This document shows positions 1-11,619 of a stretch of DNA of 64,000 nt, piece after piece (the first letter of the stretch is position 1; the number at the start of each line of letters is the position of its first letter). The stretch covers positions 24,490,001 to 24,554,000 of the forward strand of contig OX597827.1 in NCBI GenBank assembly GCA_951406725.2, written 5' to 3'. Source of the DNA: Octopus vulgaris. Lineage: Eukaryota. The notes below the pieces were generated by a model, which was not told the DNA's origin, searched no databases, and saw nothing but the letters and a program-made list of their open reading frames with translations. The position numbers were made by a program, and so were the translations under genes.

Positions 1-254
1 TTTATCAATCTATCTATCTATCTGTATATATATATACACACACACATACATACAACTCATGCCAGCATGGAAAGCATATGGTAAATAATGATGATGTATG
101 TATGGGCGTATGGTTTGGATTTCCTAAGAATATGCTCAGGGCTGACCTGAATGTAAACAATAATCACAACAGAGCAGTAATACAATTGATAAGTAAACAA
201 AATATAGTGACAAGTAAACAAAACAACAAAAGCTACACAAAGATAGACAGAGAC

Positions 255-257
<3 letters not shown>

Positions 258-299
<42 letters not shown>

Positions 300-339
300 A
301 TTATTATTATATATATATATATATATATATATGTGTATG

Positions 340-395
<56 letters not shown>
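258..395. repeat. (TA)n microsatellite, insertion site of the adjacent Helitron
   Basis: Near-pure TA run directly abutting the Helitron CTAG terminus at 396. Confidence 0.95.
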
Positions 396-396
<1 letters not shown>

Positions 397-1190
397 TAGC
401 AGCATAGCCCGGCGTTGCCCGGGTATGTAAGAGCCCCTAGTAGGCAACGACTAATCCCAATCTAGTCCTTTCCCTAGAGTTGACCGTGGGCGAAGCTCTG
501 TTCGCCCAACTGTAACCCAGCGACTTGTAGCGTTTGGCCTTGGGATTTATTGATGGACATTGTGAAGCAGAGTTTAACAGGAAACTGAGAACGCCTGAAG
601 TGGATTGGTAGGTCAGCGCCCGACGGTTGAAGGTGCATGTGTGGAATGAAGACGTCCTCTCCCTTCCCACAACCGGTAAGTATTGTGGCTGTTATTAAAT
701 GTGGTGGCAAATGTTTCACAACCAGACGTGTGCCGTTGTACTGTTTAGGTGGAACCAAATTCCTGATGAGCATAATGGGCGCACCGACTTTAAACTTCAG
801 GATGTGTGGAGGCAGGCCTGGCGGTTCAAGTGAATTCTGGAATTCAACAGGATAATCGGCAAGCTCGGCGGGGTCTGCTGTCCTATCAATAGATTTGTAT
901 ACGTGGACATCACCAGGAATAGCTTCAAGTAGCTGGATATTGATGGAGTTGAGAGTTAAAAGGGTCGAGTTGCATCCCCTAGACAGTCTGTGGTTTGTGT
1001 TTCTGATTCTCAACCCCATGTCAAATTTATCCATTTTTTCCAGAATTGGGGGAACTTTTCAAAATTTTTGCTGCGTTAGTTTTGAATTATGACATTGGGC
1101 TATGTGTGTGTCAAGTTTCATCAGAATCAGTTGAAAGCTGTGGTCAGGGTGAGGGTACAACCCGACAGACACACAGACAGACAAACTGCC

Positions 1191-1200
<10 letters not shown>
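396..1200 (-). mobile_element. Internally deleted Helitron
   Basis: Minus-strand 3' end CCCGGGCAACGCCGGG hairpin + CTATGCTG + CTAG|T (396-423). The 5' part has TATATAAATGGCAG followed by a (TGTC)n tract typical of non-autonomous Helitrons. It carries a Pif1-helicase fragment and is flanked by (TA)n on both sides. Confidence 0.88.
474..1034 (-). pseudogene. Helitron RepHel C-terminal Pif1-family helicase fragment
   Basis: Motifs YPVEFQNSLEPPGLPPHILKFKVGAPIMLIRNL, NGTRL, RSQFPVKLCFTMSINKSQGQTL and FAHGQL, then a premature stop; N-terminus missing. Confidence 0.92.
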
Positions 1201-1235
<35 letters not shown>

Positions 1236-1274
1236 CACACACACACACATATACACATATACATATATGTCAAG

Positions 1275-1503
1275 CAGCATGTGGTCAATGCCACTGCTGC
1301 CTGACTGGCTTCCATGCCAGTGGTATGTAGAAAGCACCCACTACACTCTCAGAGTGGTTGGCATTAGGGAGGGCATCCAGCTGTAGAAACACTGCCAGAT
1401 CAGATTGGAGCCTGGTACAGCCTTCTGGCTTGCCAGTCCTCAAACCGTCCAACTCATGCCAGCATGGAAAGCGGAGGTTAAAGGATGGCAACGACAATGA
1501 TGA
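1275..1503 (+). mobile_element. Short retroposon: RTE-LINE 3'-tail family (family B)
   Basis: GCACCCACTACACTCTCAGAGTGGTTGGCATTAGG..GGGCATCCAGCTGTAGAAAC...CATGCCAGCATGGAAAGCGG plus a GAT-rich tail; many copies in the window. Confidence 0.8.
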
Positions 1504-1824
1504 TATACATATATACATATGTATATATATATATATATATATGTAAATGGATGAATGAATTATCCTTTGTTTACCGTTAACATGGAAAATTCAATAAACA
1601 GTTCATGCAAGTAACAAGGATGTAGCGGCCTATTCAAAGGTAGAAACTCCGGTTAATGTACAGTAATTTGTGTAGTATAAATAAATATTCAGATGCTATT
1701 CAAATTCTTTTACTTTCGACATATGTTTCGAAGACAACATTGGTTTTATTCTAAAGGAATAAACGGTGTAAAATGCAATCTTCTCATCAGGATAGAAAGA
1801 GAGCCTATCTCAACAACAAGACAT

Positions 1825-1886
1825 TATAACACTTACGATGACTGCATTATCAGTTTATCATTTATGCAGTCATCGAAATTGTTATA
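1825..1886 (+). ncRNA. Candidate pre-miRNA-like hairpin
   Basis: 23-bp stem with 2 mismatches (1825-1847 vs 1864-1886), 16-nt loop, apparently unique sequence; CNNC at 1901-1904. Strand not established. Confidence 0.3.
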
Positions 1887-1928
1887 GCATCTGCGTTCAA
1901 CTCCATTTATTTACTTATATATATATAA

Positions 1929-2335
1929 GGCGCAGGAGTGGCTGTATGGTAAGTAGCTTGCTAACCAACCACATGGTTTCGAGTTCAGTCCCATTGCGTG
2001 GCATCTTGGGCAAGTGTCTTCGGCTATAGCCCCGGGCCGACCAATGCCTTGTGAATGAATTTGGTAGACAGAAACTGAAAGAAGCCTGTCGTATATATGT
2101 ATATATATATATGTGTGTATGTGTGTGTGTTTGTGTGTTTGTCCCCCTGGCATTGCTTGACAACTGATGCTGGTGTGTTTACGTCCCCGTCACTTAGCAG
2201 TTCGGCAAAAAGAGACCGATAGAATAAGTACTGGGCTTACAAAGAATAAGTCCCGGGGTCGAGTTGCTCGACTAAAGGCAGTGCTCCAGCATGGCCGCAG
2301 TCAACTGACTGAAACAAGTAAAAGAGAGAAAAGAG
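1929..2335 (+). mobile_element. tRNA-derived SINE (family A), full length
   Basis: Head GGCGCAGGAGTGGCTGTATGGTAAG (A box) and GTTCAGTCCC (B box), internal microsatellite, tail GGCCGCAGTC..TGACTGAAACAAGTAAAAGAG; about 20 related pieces in the window. Confidence 0.88.
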
Positions 2336-2668
2336 TATATATAATATATATGCTTATATTAATGTATGTATGTATGTATGCATAAATATATATATATACA
2401 TATACGTACATATATAATACATATATATATATATATAAACACACACACACATATATATATATAATATATATGCTTATATTAATGTATGTATGTATGTATG
2501 CATAAATATATATATATACATATACGTACATATATAATACATATATATATATATATAAACACACACACACATATATATATATAATATATATGCTTATATT
2601 AATGTATGTATGTATGCATAAATATATATATATACATATACATACATATATAATACATATATATAAAT

Positions 2669-2690
<22 letters not shown>
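2336..2690. repeat. 120-bp tandem triplication of microsatellite-rich sequence
   Basis: Sequence starting at 2341, 2461 and 2581 is (near-)identical, giving a period of 120. Confidence 0.9.
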
Positions 2691-2753
<63 letters not shown>

Positions 2754-3771
2754 ATGAGGGAGAGAGAGAGACTTGATTAATGTTTTTTGTAGATAAAAGT
2801 AATTTAAGAGCGAGTGTCAATATTAACAACAGATATTAATGAGTGAGAGAATAAATGGGGGCTGGGAAACAGACTGAACAAACCTCGTTAAGTTATGATG
2901 ATTCATTAATCCATCAATGTCGAGCTAAGAGAGTTCAGTTTCTATGTTATGATACAAAGATACCTTTAAGATGCGTGTACACAGGAATATATGTCAATGT
3001 ATACATATACATATGCATACACACACACATACACGTAAACATGTACACATATATACACATACATGTATGTATGTATCTTTATGCCAATATGTATGTAAGT
3101 GTATGTGTATATGTATACATGTGTGTGTGTGTGTGCATATGTGTGTGTGCGTATATACTAGTGTATGTGCCTATATGAACATATGAGCGTGTGAGGTGTG
3201 TGTGGGTGTATGAGTGTGTGTAGTATACAAGAAAGAGTGTGTGTGTGTGTATGTATATATGAGTGTATGTGCCTATACAAGTGTATGTGTGTGTGTACGA
3301 GTGTGTGTGTGTGTATATATATTCGAGTGTATGTGCCTATATGAATGTGAGTGTATGTGTGGATGTGTGTGTGTGTATGTATATATACATACAAGAAAGA
3401 GTGTGTGTGAGTGTGTGTGGGCGTACGCAAGTGGTTACACTGTTATGAGCGCGTATCATTAACACTCGAGTAAACGTTATGACACGCAAGACAAACAATC
3501 TCTTCCCAACCAGGCAAAATGTCCATATTAAGTGTCTGTATCACTGCACTGGTGCAGTTACGTCAATGCATTATGGTTGCAACAGAATCCACAAAATGTT
3601 TAGTTTTCACTTAAATACCAGCTTTGATTACAAAATGAAAAAACATCAAATCTACCATTCTTCATTTTCAAAACATTTTCTGCTTAAATGGAAATCCTCA
3701 ACGAGAATCATTCAGAAACAAATGAGTCTTTTTGTTTCTTTTTTTTTTACTGTAAAACCTGACCAGCACAA

Positions 3772-4285
3772 TTTTGATTTCTGATAATCGCATAAGCCTG
3801 TATATTTTGACTTCTGATAATCGCATAAGCCTGTATATTTTGATTTCTGATAATCGCATAAGCCTGTATATTTTGATTTCTGATAATCGCATAAGCCTGT
3901 ATATTTTGATTTCTGATAATCGCATAAGCCTGTATATTTTGATTTCTGATAATCGCATAAGCCTGTATATTTTGATTTCTGATAATTGCATAAGCCTGTA
4001 TATTTTGATTTCTGATAATCGCATAAGCCTGTATATTTTGATTTCTGATAATCGCATAAGCCTGTATATTTTGATTTCTGATAAATAGCATAAGCCTGTA
4101 TATTTTGATTTCTGATAATCACATAAGCCTGTATATTTTGATTTCTGATAATTGCATAAGCCTGTATATTTTGATTTCTGATAATCGCATAAGCCTGTAT
4201 ATTTTGATTTCTGATAATCGCATAAGCCTGTATATATTGATTTCTGATAATCGCATAAGCCTGTATATTTTGATTTCTGATAATC
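3772..4285. repeat. 33-bp minisatellite array, left part (~15 units)
   Basis: Unit TTTTGATTTCTGATAATCGCATAAGCCTGTATA, head-to-tail, no spacers. Confidence 0.95.
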
Positions 4286-4523
4286 TAACACCATCCGAGC
4301 GTGGCCGTCTGCCAGCCTCGCCTGGCACCTGTGTTGGTGGCACATAAAATCACCCACTACACTCTCAGAGTGGTTGGCGTTAGGAAGGGCATCCAGCTGT
4401 AGAAACACTGCCAGATCTGACTGGCCTGGTGCAGCCTTCGGGCTTGCCAGACCCCAGTTGAACCGTCCAACCCATGCTAGCATTGAAAGCGGACATTAAA
4501 CGATGATGATGATGATGATGATG
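4286..4523 (+). mobile_element. Family B retroposon inserted in the minisatellite
   Basis: Same consensus as 1275-1503, ending in (GAT)n; interrupts a unit between ATAATC and CATAAG. Confidence 0.85.
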
Positions 4524-4775
4524 ACATAAGCCTGTATATTTTGATTTCTGATAATCACATAAGCCTGTATATTTTGATTTCTGATAAATAGCATAAGCCT
4601 GTATATTTTGATTTCTGATAATTGCATAAGCCTGTATATTTTGATTTCTGATAATCGCATAAGCCTGTATATATTGATTTCTGATAATAGTGTAAAGCCA
4701 AATATTTTGATTTCTGATAATCGCATAAGCCTGTATATTTTGATTTCTGATAATAGTGTAAAGCCAAATATTTTG
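4524..4775. repeat. 33-bp minisatellite array, right part (~7 units)
   Basis: Same unit; terminal units grade into ATAGTGTAAAGCCAAATATTTTG flank sequence. Confidence 0.92.
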
Positions 4776-5474
4776 GATGATAGCAGTTGGTGGTTGTAGT
4801 GGTGTAACGGATTTGAAATTGGATTCTTGGATACATGATCAAACATTACAACAAACCACCATAGTTTCGTGTGGTTGGTCTGTTAACTGACAAATCAATG
4901 TGAAGTGATGGCATGCACATGTTTTCTCAAATATTCTATAATTTGACTTTTGGTTCCTTATAAAAACCATTTGAAGCATACTTTTACCAGTCAGACAACC
5001 CAGGAAGGTGGTTCAGACAAATGGCACAAATAGATGACAAGAATCTCTGTTATCAAGCATATAGCACAATTGTTTCTAGTTATGTTGGGGGGCTGCTGCA
5101 AGTTGCAAGTAGTATTTCTATCCAAGTATGTAATTATTGCTGTTATCTGTAAAGGGCCAATGCAGTTTGTCTTTATGTGTGTTAATAAAATCTTCTGTTA
5201 AATGTTTGCAGGTGTTGTTCAGTTACTTATTCATTTAGCCCAAGAAACCTATTGTCATTCATCAACTCAATTAGTCACCACCACAGACCAGCCAACAGCT
5301 TACAGACTGTCACAGGATTATATTGCCCTCAATACATAACAGGTATTTTATTTTATCAATTTTGGAACAACGAAAAGCAATGTTGCCTGGAAGTCATAAT
5401 TTGAACTCAAAACCTAAATGGTTATGAATAAATCTCAAAGATTCAAGATAATGCATGATTCATTCAAAACAATT

Positions 5475-6006
5475 TCTTTTATTCTTTCATTTGTTTCAAT
5501 CATTTGACTGTGGCCATGCTGGAGCACCACCTTTAGTTGAACAAATCGACCCCAGGACAAACATATACATAAATACATACATACACATATATATATATAC
5601 ACACACATACAGGGTGTGCATATATATACCTCCCACATTTGAAAGGTTGACAAAAGGAAATAGAAACAACATTTATGAAAAATTAATTATACTGTCGTTT
5701 AAACACAGGGTTAGAATTTTTGTTCATTATATAAATGAAAACATCGTTAGCACTTGCATAAGTTCATTAGCAACACATAGGTTAAAGTTTAAAATGTGGG
5801 AGGTATTTCTGTGTATATCTATATATATATATATATATATATATGAAGAGCTTCTTTCAGTCTCCGTCTACCAAATCCACTCACAAGGCTTTGGTTCGCC
5901 TGAGGCTGTAGTAGAAGACACTTGCTCAAGGTGCCACACAGTGGGATTGAACTTGGAACTATGTTGGCTGGTAAGCAAGCTACTTACCACACAGCTACTC
6001 CTGCAC
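5475..6006 (-). mobile_element. Family A SINE, head (5845-6006) and tail (5475-5557) separated by AT-rich sequence
   Basis: Reverse complement of the family A head and tail. Confidence 0.75.
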
Positions 6007-6097
6007 CAATGTGAATGAATAAGCATTACATTTAACAAAATAATCTGAATGCTAAAGAGTGAAACTTTAAATGATTATAAGATAGAAACCAACTTAC

Positions 6098-6415
6098 CTG
6101 CATAGCCCTCGGCACTTAGTAGGTCACCGATTTCCTTGCGCCAGTTATAATAATCCCAATAAGCATCTCCAATTTTCTTTTGAAGCTTCATAGCTTCTCC
6201 GTGGTGATAGTCCTCTAATTTCTCAAGTTCATGTACGAGTTCACGTATTGAATCTAAGACTTGATCCAACGTGTAACCTTTCGCAGATAACTTGCCATTA
6301 CTGTATTGGTTTTTGGGTTGAGTCTTTGCTTTGTTTACGCCGTCTTTATTGGTAGATGTCAAACTCTCCATCTCATTTGTGACACTAGATGTGTCATTTA
6401 AACTCACTGGTTCAT
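6098..6415 (-). CDS. Putative internal coding exon (318 nt, phase 1-1) of an unidentified gene
   Basis: Acceptor CTCTTTCTATTTTTTTCAG| and donor GCAG|GTAAGT bound an open, non-repetitive frame (DEPVSLNDTSS...YTLDQVLDSIRELVHELEKLEDYHHGEAMKLQKKIGDAYWDYYNWRKEIGDLLSAEGYA) with an amphipathic helical pattern. Confidence 0.65.
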
Positions 6416-6746
6416 CTGAAAAAAATAGAAAGAGCCATAAAGAATCGACAAATCTCACAGTTAACCTCCTCCTTCTGTCATTCCTTTCTCTTAATTCCAT
6501 CTCCCTCCCTCCCTCTATTTTCTTTGATTTTATTCTGTAAATGATTGACTAGCAGAAGAAATCAAATAACTGAATTAGCTTAGAGTTCAAAATGTGTCAT
6601 GAGACAATTAATTCTTCTGCAGTGGAGGAATCTCTGTTCTTCTTTGGGTTTCACTATTTTATGGCAAGTGGAAAATATTCCAATATAGGCCAGCAAAGAC
6701 TCAGGATAAGTTTCCAATTATTATGAATGGCAAGCGATTCCATTTA

Positions 6747-6834
<88 letters not shown>

Positions 6835-7929
6835 GTATGTATTTATATATATATGTGTGTGAATATATATATATATATATATTTGAAATCTAAAAGTCTT
6901 CTATTGAAGAATAAAGCTGATGTTCCAAAGAAGAGATGCTCTTAAGCAGAATTGAAGTAACAATGTGAGATGATGTCTCCTTAATCGTCAGTGGATGGAA
7001 TTCCGTAATTCTCTGGTTTGGTTTTTCTCCGATAAAACGGGACAAGAGCATCTGTAGTCGAAGTGAAGAAATGAAGTACGGATTTCCCAACAATGCAAAC
7101 GGTGGGACAATAATAAATGCAGTGGTGGTCATGTCTGTGAGTCCTGTTTCGAAAATAAAAAACAATATCTGGACTGCAGTCAGTCTGATTTAACTAGCAG
7201 AAGACAAAAACCTAGAACGTTCAGATGTAAGTTGCTTTAAAATAAATCAGTGGAAATATTTTCTATTTTTGGCAAAAATGACATGGAATGAGTTTAGAAC
7301 TGGATCTATGATATTCCTTTTGGTCATTTTCTGTTATTTCTTATTGTGTTATTGACCAGTAATTGCAGAAGAAAAGAGAGAATGGTTCACAGGTAAGACA
7401 CAGACATTTAAATGAAAATTCCAAGGTGAGGATGAAAAGAAAATAGTGTTCTTAGCTCAGAGTGAAAATAAGATGATTGCAGCGCAGTCAGGATGTGCAT
7501 ACATGCATGCACATATGTGTGTGAGTGGCTGTGTGTGTAACTGATTTGTTAAGATGTGTGCATAATGGTGGTGCAAGGCAATTATGGCAAGGAGAGAAAT
7601 GAAAAGTTGCATACGTTGTTACAGACCAAATTCTATCCAAACACTTTGGTTTCAAAAATATTTTTCAAAGCAAGGAACAATATTCTTGTGCTGAGAGAAG
7701 AAGGAGATGCTAAAACGGTCTTCAGTCAACGAGTGCTACAAAGAATGTCTTGAAGCATAAACCGTATGTAAATGTCATTAGGTAAATATTTTTGTAACTG
7801 AAAGCTGGAGTAAAAGTTCTTGGAATAAGACTCTGCAGGTGATTCCTTTACCGAAGTTTAATCTTTCACTTACAACAACCTCAATTTCTGCTCTATTTAA
7901 ATATGGTAAAAACAGACTGTTTCACTGTG

Positions 7930-8445
7930 TCACACACACACACATGTACTCACAAACATACACATATACCTATACGCAAACATATACACACTCAGATACA
8001 CATACACACACATTTACTAGCACATGTTCACGCATACATACACATGTACACACACACATACACTCACACACACACACATGTATAATCACAGATACAGACA
8101 TACACATCTACATACTCACATGTAAACATATACATACACGTACTCACATACACCTACACACACATACCTACACAATACACATACCCACCTCATATACACA
8201 CCTACATACACACACACGTATACACACACATACACTTACAATCATACCTACAAACATACTCATACACACACACCCATATATACATTTCTATACACACCTA
8301 AACGCACATACACATGTACAGACAGGCATCCCCACACATACACACACCTACACGCATGCACACACACACACACCTACATACATGCACACACCTACATACA
8401 CAGACACACGCACACTCACACCCACAACTTCCTTACATACAAACA
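7930..8445. repeat. Degenerate (CA)n/(CATA)n low-complexity tract
   Basis: CA-rich imperfect repeat; explains the His/Thr-rich ORF 7839-8612. Confidence 0.9.
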
Positions 8446-8805
8446 AACAACCTTTTTACATAATTCATTCCTCTTTAACAAAAATAATGGAAAAAAAGTT
8501 CCAACAACAACAACAAAAACCAAACAGTCGTAACATGTTTGAAAGTTCAGCTTTATTAACATACACGAAGAGTAAACAGAGATATTCCACTAACCTGTTG
8601 AGTTTTGTGTAGAAATGTAGAACTGGCACCAGGTAATTGATTAAAAGCGTTAAGTTGTGGGATTTAAAGCCACACACACATTAACTTTCTCACACACTCT
8701 CATTAACACTCACCTTCACATACATTTACATACACATAGATATATATAAACGTCATCTAACCCATGCAAGCATGGAAAAGCAAATGATAGAATTAAGATG
8801 ATATA

Positions 8806-10790
8806 TATATATAAATTAGAAAAAAACACTTTTTATCAATTCAAAATGAACAATTAAATTACACCATCTAGAAAATTACATATAATAGAAATATTGAAAT
8901 TAAAATATTAAAATTAAAATATTGGGATTAATATTTAGCTGTTGGTAATATTATTGAATTATTAATAGGAGTCTGTTAGTTGTAGTTGGGTGTCTTCATG
9001 GCAGTTTCTCCATAAGTTGTGGTTTTTTTTCTCATCTTTCTTTAGTTCATGAGGCTTAAATGTTATTTTGTTTTTTTCATATTTTTCATTGATAAAAAGA
9101 TTTGCCATTTTCATTGAGAATTTATTCTATTTCTTTGCACTATGTCTTCACGCGTTAATTTTTATAAACGCTATTAACTATTTTTACGTTTAAAATTCAG
9201 TTAAAATTTTCCTTCGCCAAGTTAAGTTACATTTTACATTTTATTGTTTATCTATTTCATTTGGATTTGGAATCATTTTGGGTTTGAAATTATTATTATT
9301 ATTGTTGTTGAAATATTATTATTTATTTATAGTTTGTTGATAGTTATTTTTATGATCGTTATTAGTTATGATATCTATTAATTTTTATAAAGGGATTTAA
9401 TGTATTACATATAATTTAATTTGAGAATTAGTTTCATTAGACTATACATTTTTTAATAATTAGGTAATATTTTTATTAAGTAATATTACATTTAAGTAAA
9501 TTAGCTTTTATTTTAATTAATATTATGTTTAACTTTATTATCGTGTGAAATATTAAATCTATAGATATTACGCATAGATATTAATAATATAGTTAGTTTA
9601 TATAATGGATTTGTGTATATTTGAACTATTTCCTATTTTTGATTGTATTATTCATGACAAGTAATATTTTTATACATTTAAAATCCAGATAGATTAATTT
9701 AATCGTTGAATTTTATTATATAGTTTGTTTATCAATATTATTTGGATTTTGTATTATTTTGAGTTTGATCGTTGTTATTACTATAATTGTAATTGACTGG
9801 ATTTGTAGAGGACTGTCGGTTGTAGTTGAATATCTTCATAGTGTATTGTTCATTTGTTCTAATATTTTTGCACCTTTCTTTAATTTATGGGGCTTAAATG
9901 TTTCTTACTTTCCATTAGTAAATAATTTTCACCATTTTTATATATATAGATAGTTATAAGTTACGATAGATATTAATTATTATATCTATTTATTTAGATT
10001 TTTTTTATAAAGGGATCTAACGTATTACATTTAATTTAATTTGAGAATTAATTGTGTTAGACAATATATGATTTAATTATTAGGTGGTATATTTATTAAG
10101 TAGTATTAAATTTAAGATAATTAGGTATTATATTAATCGATATTTAGTCAACTATATTATAGAGTGATATATTAAATCTATAGATACTACACATATATAT
10201 TAATTATATATTTCGCTTATTTAATGAGTTTGTCTATATTTGAACCATTTCTTATTTTGATTACAATATTAATGGTTTGTACTAGCATTGTGTATATTAA
10301 TTTATTTTAAAGTATTGAATAATTTAAGTATTGTTTTTAGTTTTCACTTAATGTATATTTAGTATCTTATATATATATATTAAAGTATATTTATTAATTA
10401 ATTATTTTATTATTCTAGTTTATTTTTAACCTGATGAGTGGCTATATTTATATTGAAGTGATTTTACTACTACTATTAATTTTGTTAATATAATCATTTC
10501 TTAAATATAGCCACGAAACACGTGTCATTATTCTACCAAATATATACGTTTTTATTATTATTTTGCAATTTACTTAATCATCGGTATATTATTGTTATTT
10601 TAATTTTAATATTTCTATTATATGTAATTTTTTAGATGGTTTAATTTAATTGTTAATTTTGAATTGATAAAAGGTGTTTTTTTTCTAATTTTTATATATA
10701 TATATTATATTTTGTGAAATTTGATTTAGTATTTCTAAATTGAACTTTTCCCTGTAAGTTAGGAATAATATTCCCTCAAATAATGATTAT
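8806..10790. mobile_element. Very AT-rich element with ~100-bp inverted repeats near its ends, internal ~280-bp direct repeat and hammerhead-like core; probable Penelope-like remnant
   Basis: 8812-8910 is the reverse complement of ~10595-10695; 9375-9650 resembles 9995-10265; CTGATGA...GAAAC core at 10431-10526; flanked by (TA)n. Confidence 0.55.
10431..10526 (+). ncRNA. Hammerhead ribozyme-like motif (type I, long stem II)
   Basis: CTGATGA + 13-bp perfect stem GTGGCTATATTTA/TAAATATAGCCAC + GAAA + CACGTG + TC (GUC cleavage triplet); stem I pairing is weak. Confidence 0.6.
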
Positions 10791-10928
10791 ATATATATAT
10801 ATATATATATGTGTTAAATTAAATATGCAACCAAAAGAGCTATGAATAGTTTCATGCTATCAGGATACTTGAACAGGCATATTTATAGAATATGCCATGT
10901 AGCTTAAAACAATCTTTCAAACTCTGTT

Positions 10929-11555
10929 TATGCTGAACGGCTGCTGTCACATGTGAGACGAATTTGGTTGTCAGCTGAGTCTATTGTGAAAATTGCTCTG
11001 TTACCTTCCCTCAACCGGGAAGGCAAAGCAGTCTTCGTCATACTGGTGGCCATGGTGAAAGAATGTGTGTGGTGGACTTGAGTGAAAGGATTAGAGACAA
11101 ACACCTTCCTCTCTGGCCAATTGCTCATCAACTTTTTCAAGTACCACTTGAAAAGGAAGGTGAGAATAGAGAGGCAGGTTTTGTCACGTGAAAGTTTCAA
11201 TAAAAGGTGGGTAAATGGAGCAAAGAGTGATGAAACCACTTTGAGCACGATCCTGTAAATCGAAAAGAGAGAGAGAACATTTTGCTCTCATGTGTTTATT
11301 CCCTCCCTGCCTGATGATACCATGGTCTTTTCCGTAGGCTTTTCTTTCTATGGATAAACCTAATCTTGCTTTTTATACTTAAAAATTTTTTCTGTGATAC
11401 ATGATCCCTTTTGATCACCTTCTATTTTTTTCTCCTGATCCCTTTTGATCGAAATTTTATTTTCCTCCTTTTTTTTTTTTTTACCAAAAGAAAAGCTTTA
11501 CATTGTATTTTGTCCCCTCTGTGTTCGGCCCCGTGTGGCTAATACAAAAAAAAAC
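10929..11555 (+). mobile_element. L1/Tx1-clade LINE 3' fragment (ORF2 C-terminus, 3'UTR, poly-A)
   Basis: Plus-strand frame YAERLLSHV...VFVILVAMVKECVWWT*VKGLETNTFLSGQLLINFFKYHLKRKVRIERQVLSRESFNKRW resembles a Tx1/L1 ORF2 end, followed by a T-rich UTR and an A-run at ~11546-11555. Confidence 0.7.
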
Positions 11556-11574
11556 TTATCTATTTATCTGTTTG

Positions 11575-11607
<33 letters not shown>

Positions 11608-11619
11608 ATATATATATGT

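Noticed and set aside
1929-2005. tRNA genes at SINE heads
   Set aside because: A and B boxes are present but run directly into SINE bodies and do not form complete cloverleaves.
3698-4483. 261-aa ORF with YQKSKYTGLCD repeats
   Set aside because: Starts inside a retroposon and is simply the translation of a stop-free 33-bp repeat.
3772-4775. CRISPR-like array (33-bp repeats)
   Set aside because: Units are contiguous with no unique spacers, there are no cas genes, and the context is eukaryotic: a minisatellite.
7839-8612. 257-aa His/Thr-rich ORF (and all [12 protein letters not shown] ORFs)
   Set aside because: Translations of CA/TA/TATG microsatellites.
8806-10790. Mitochondrial control-region NUMT
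   Set aside because: No mitochondrial tRNA, rRNA or CDS remnants recognised; inverted ends, a hammerhead core and a related end at 53680-53750 favour a TE.
10928-11248. 106-aa minus-strand ORF with an apparent acceptor
   Set aside because: Antisense shadow of a plus-strand L1/Tx1 ORF2 fragment.
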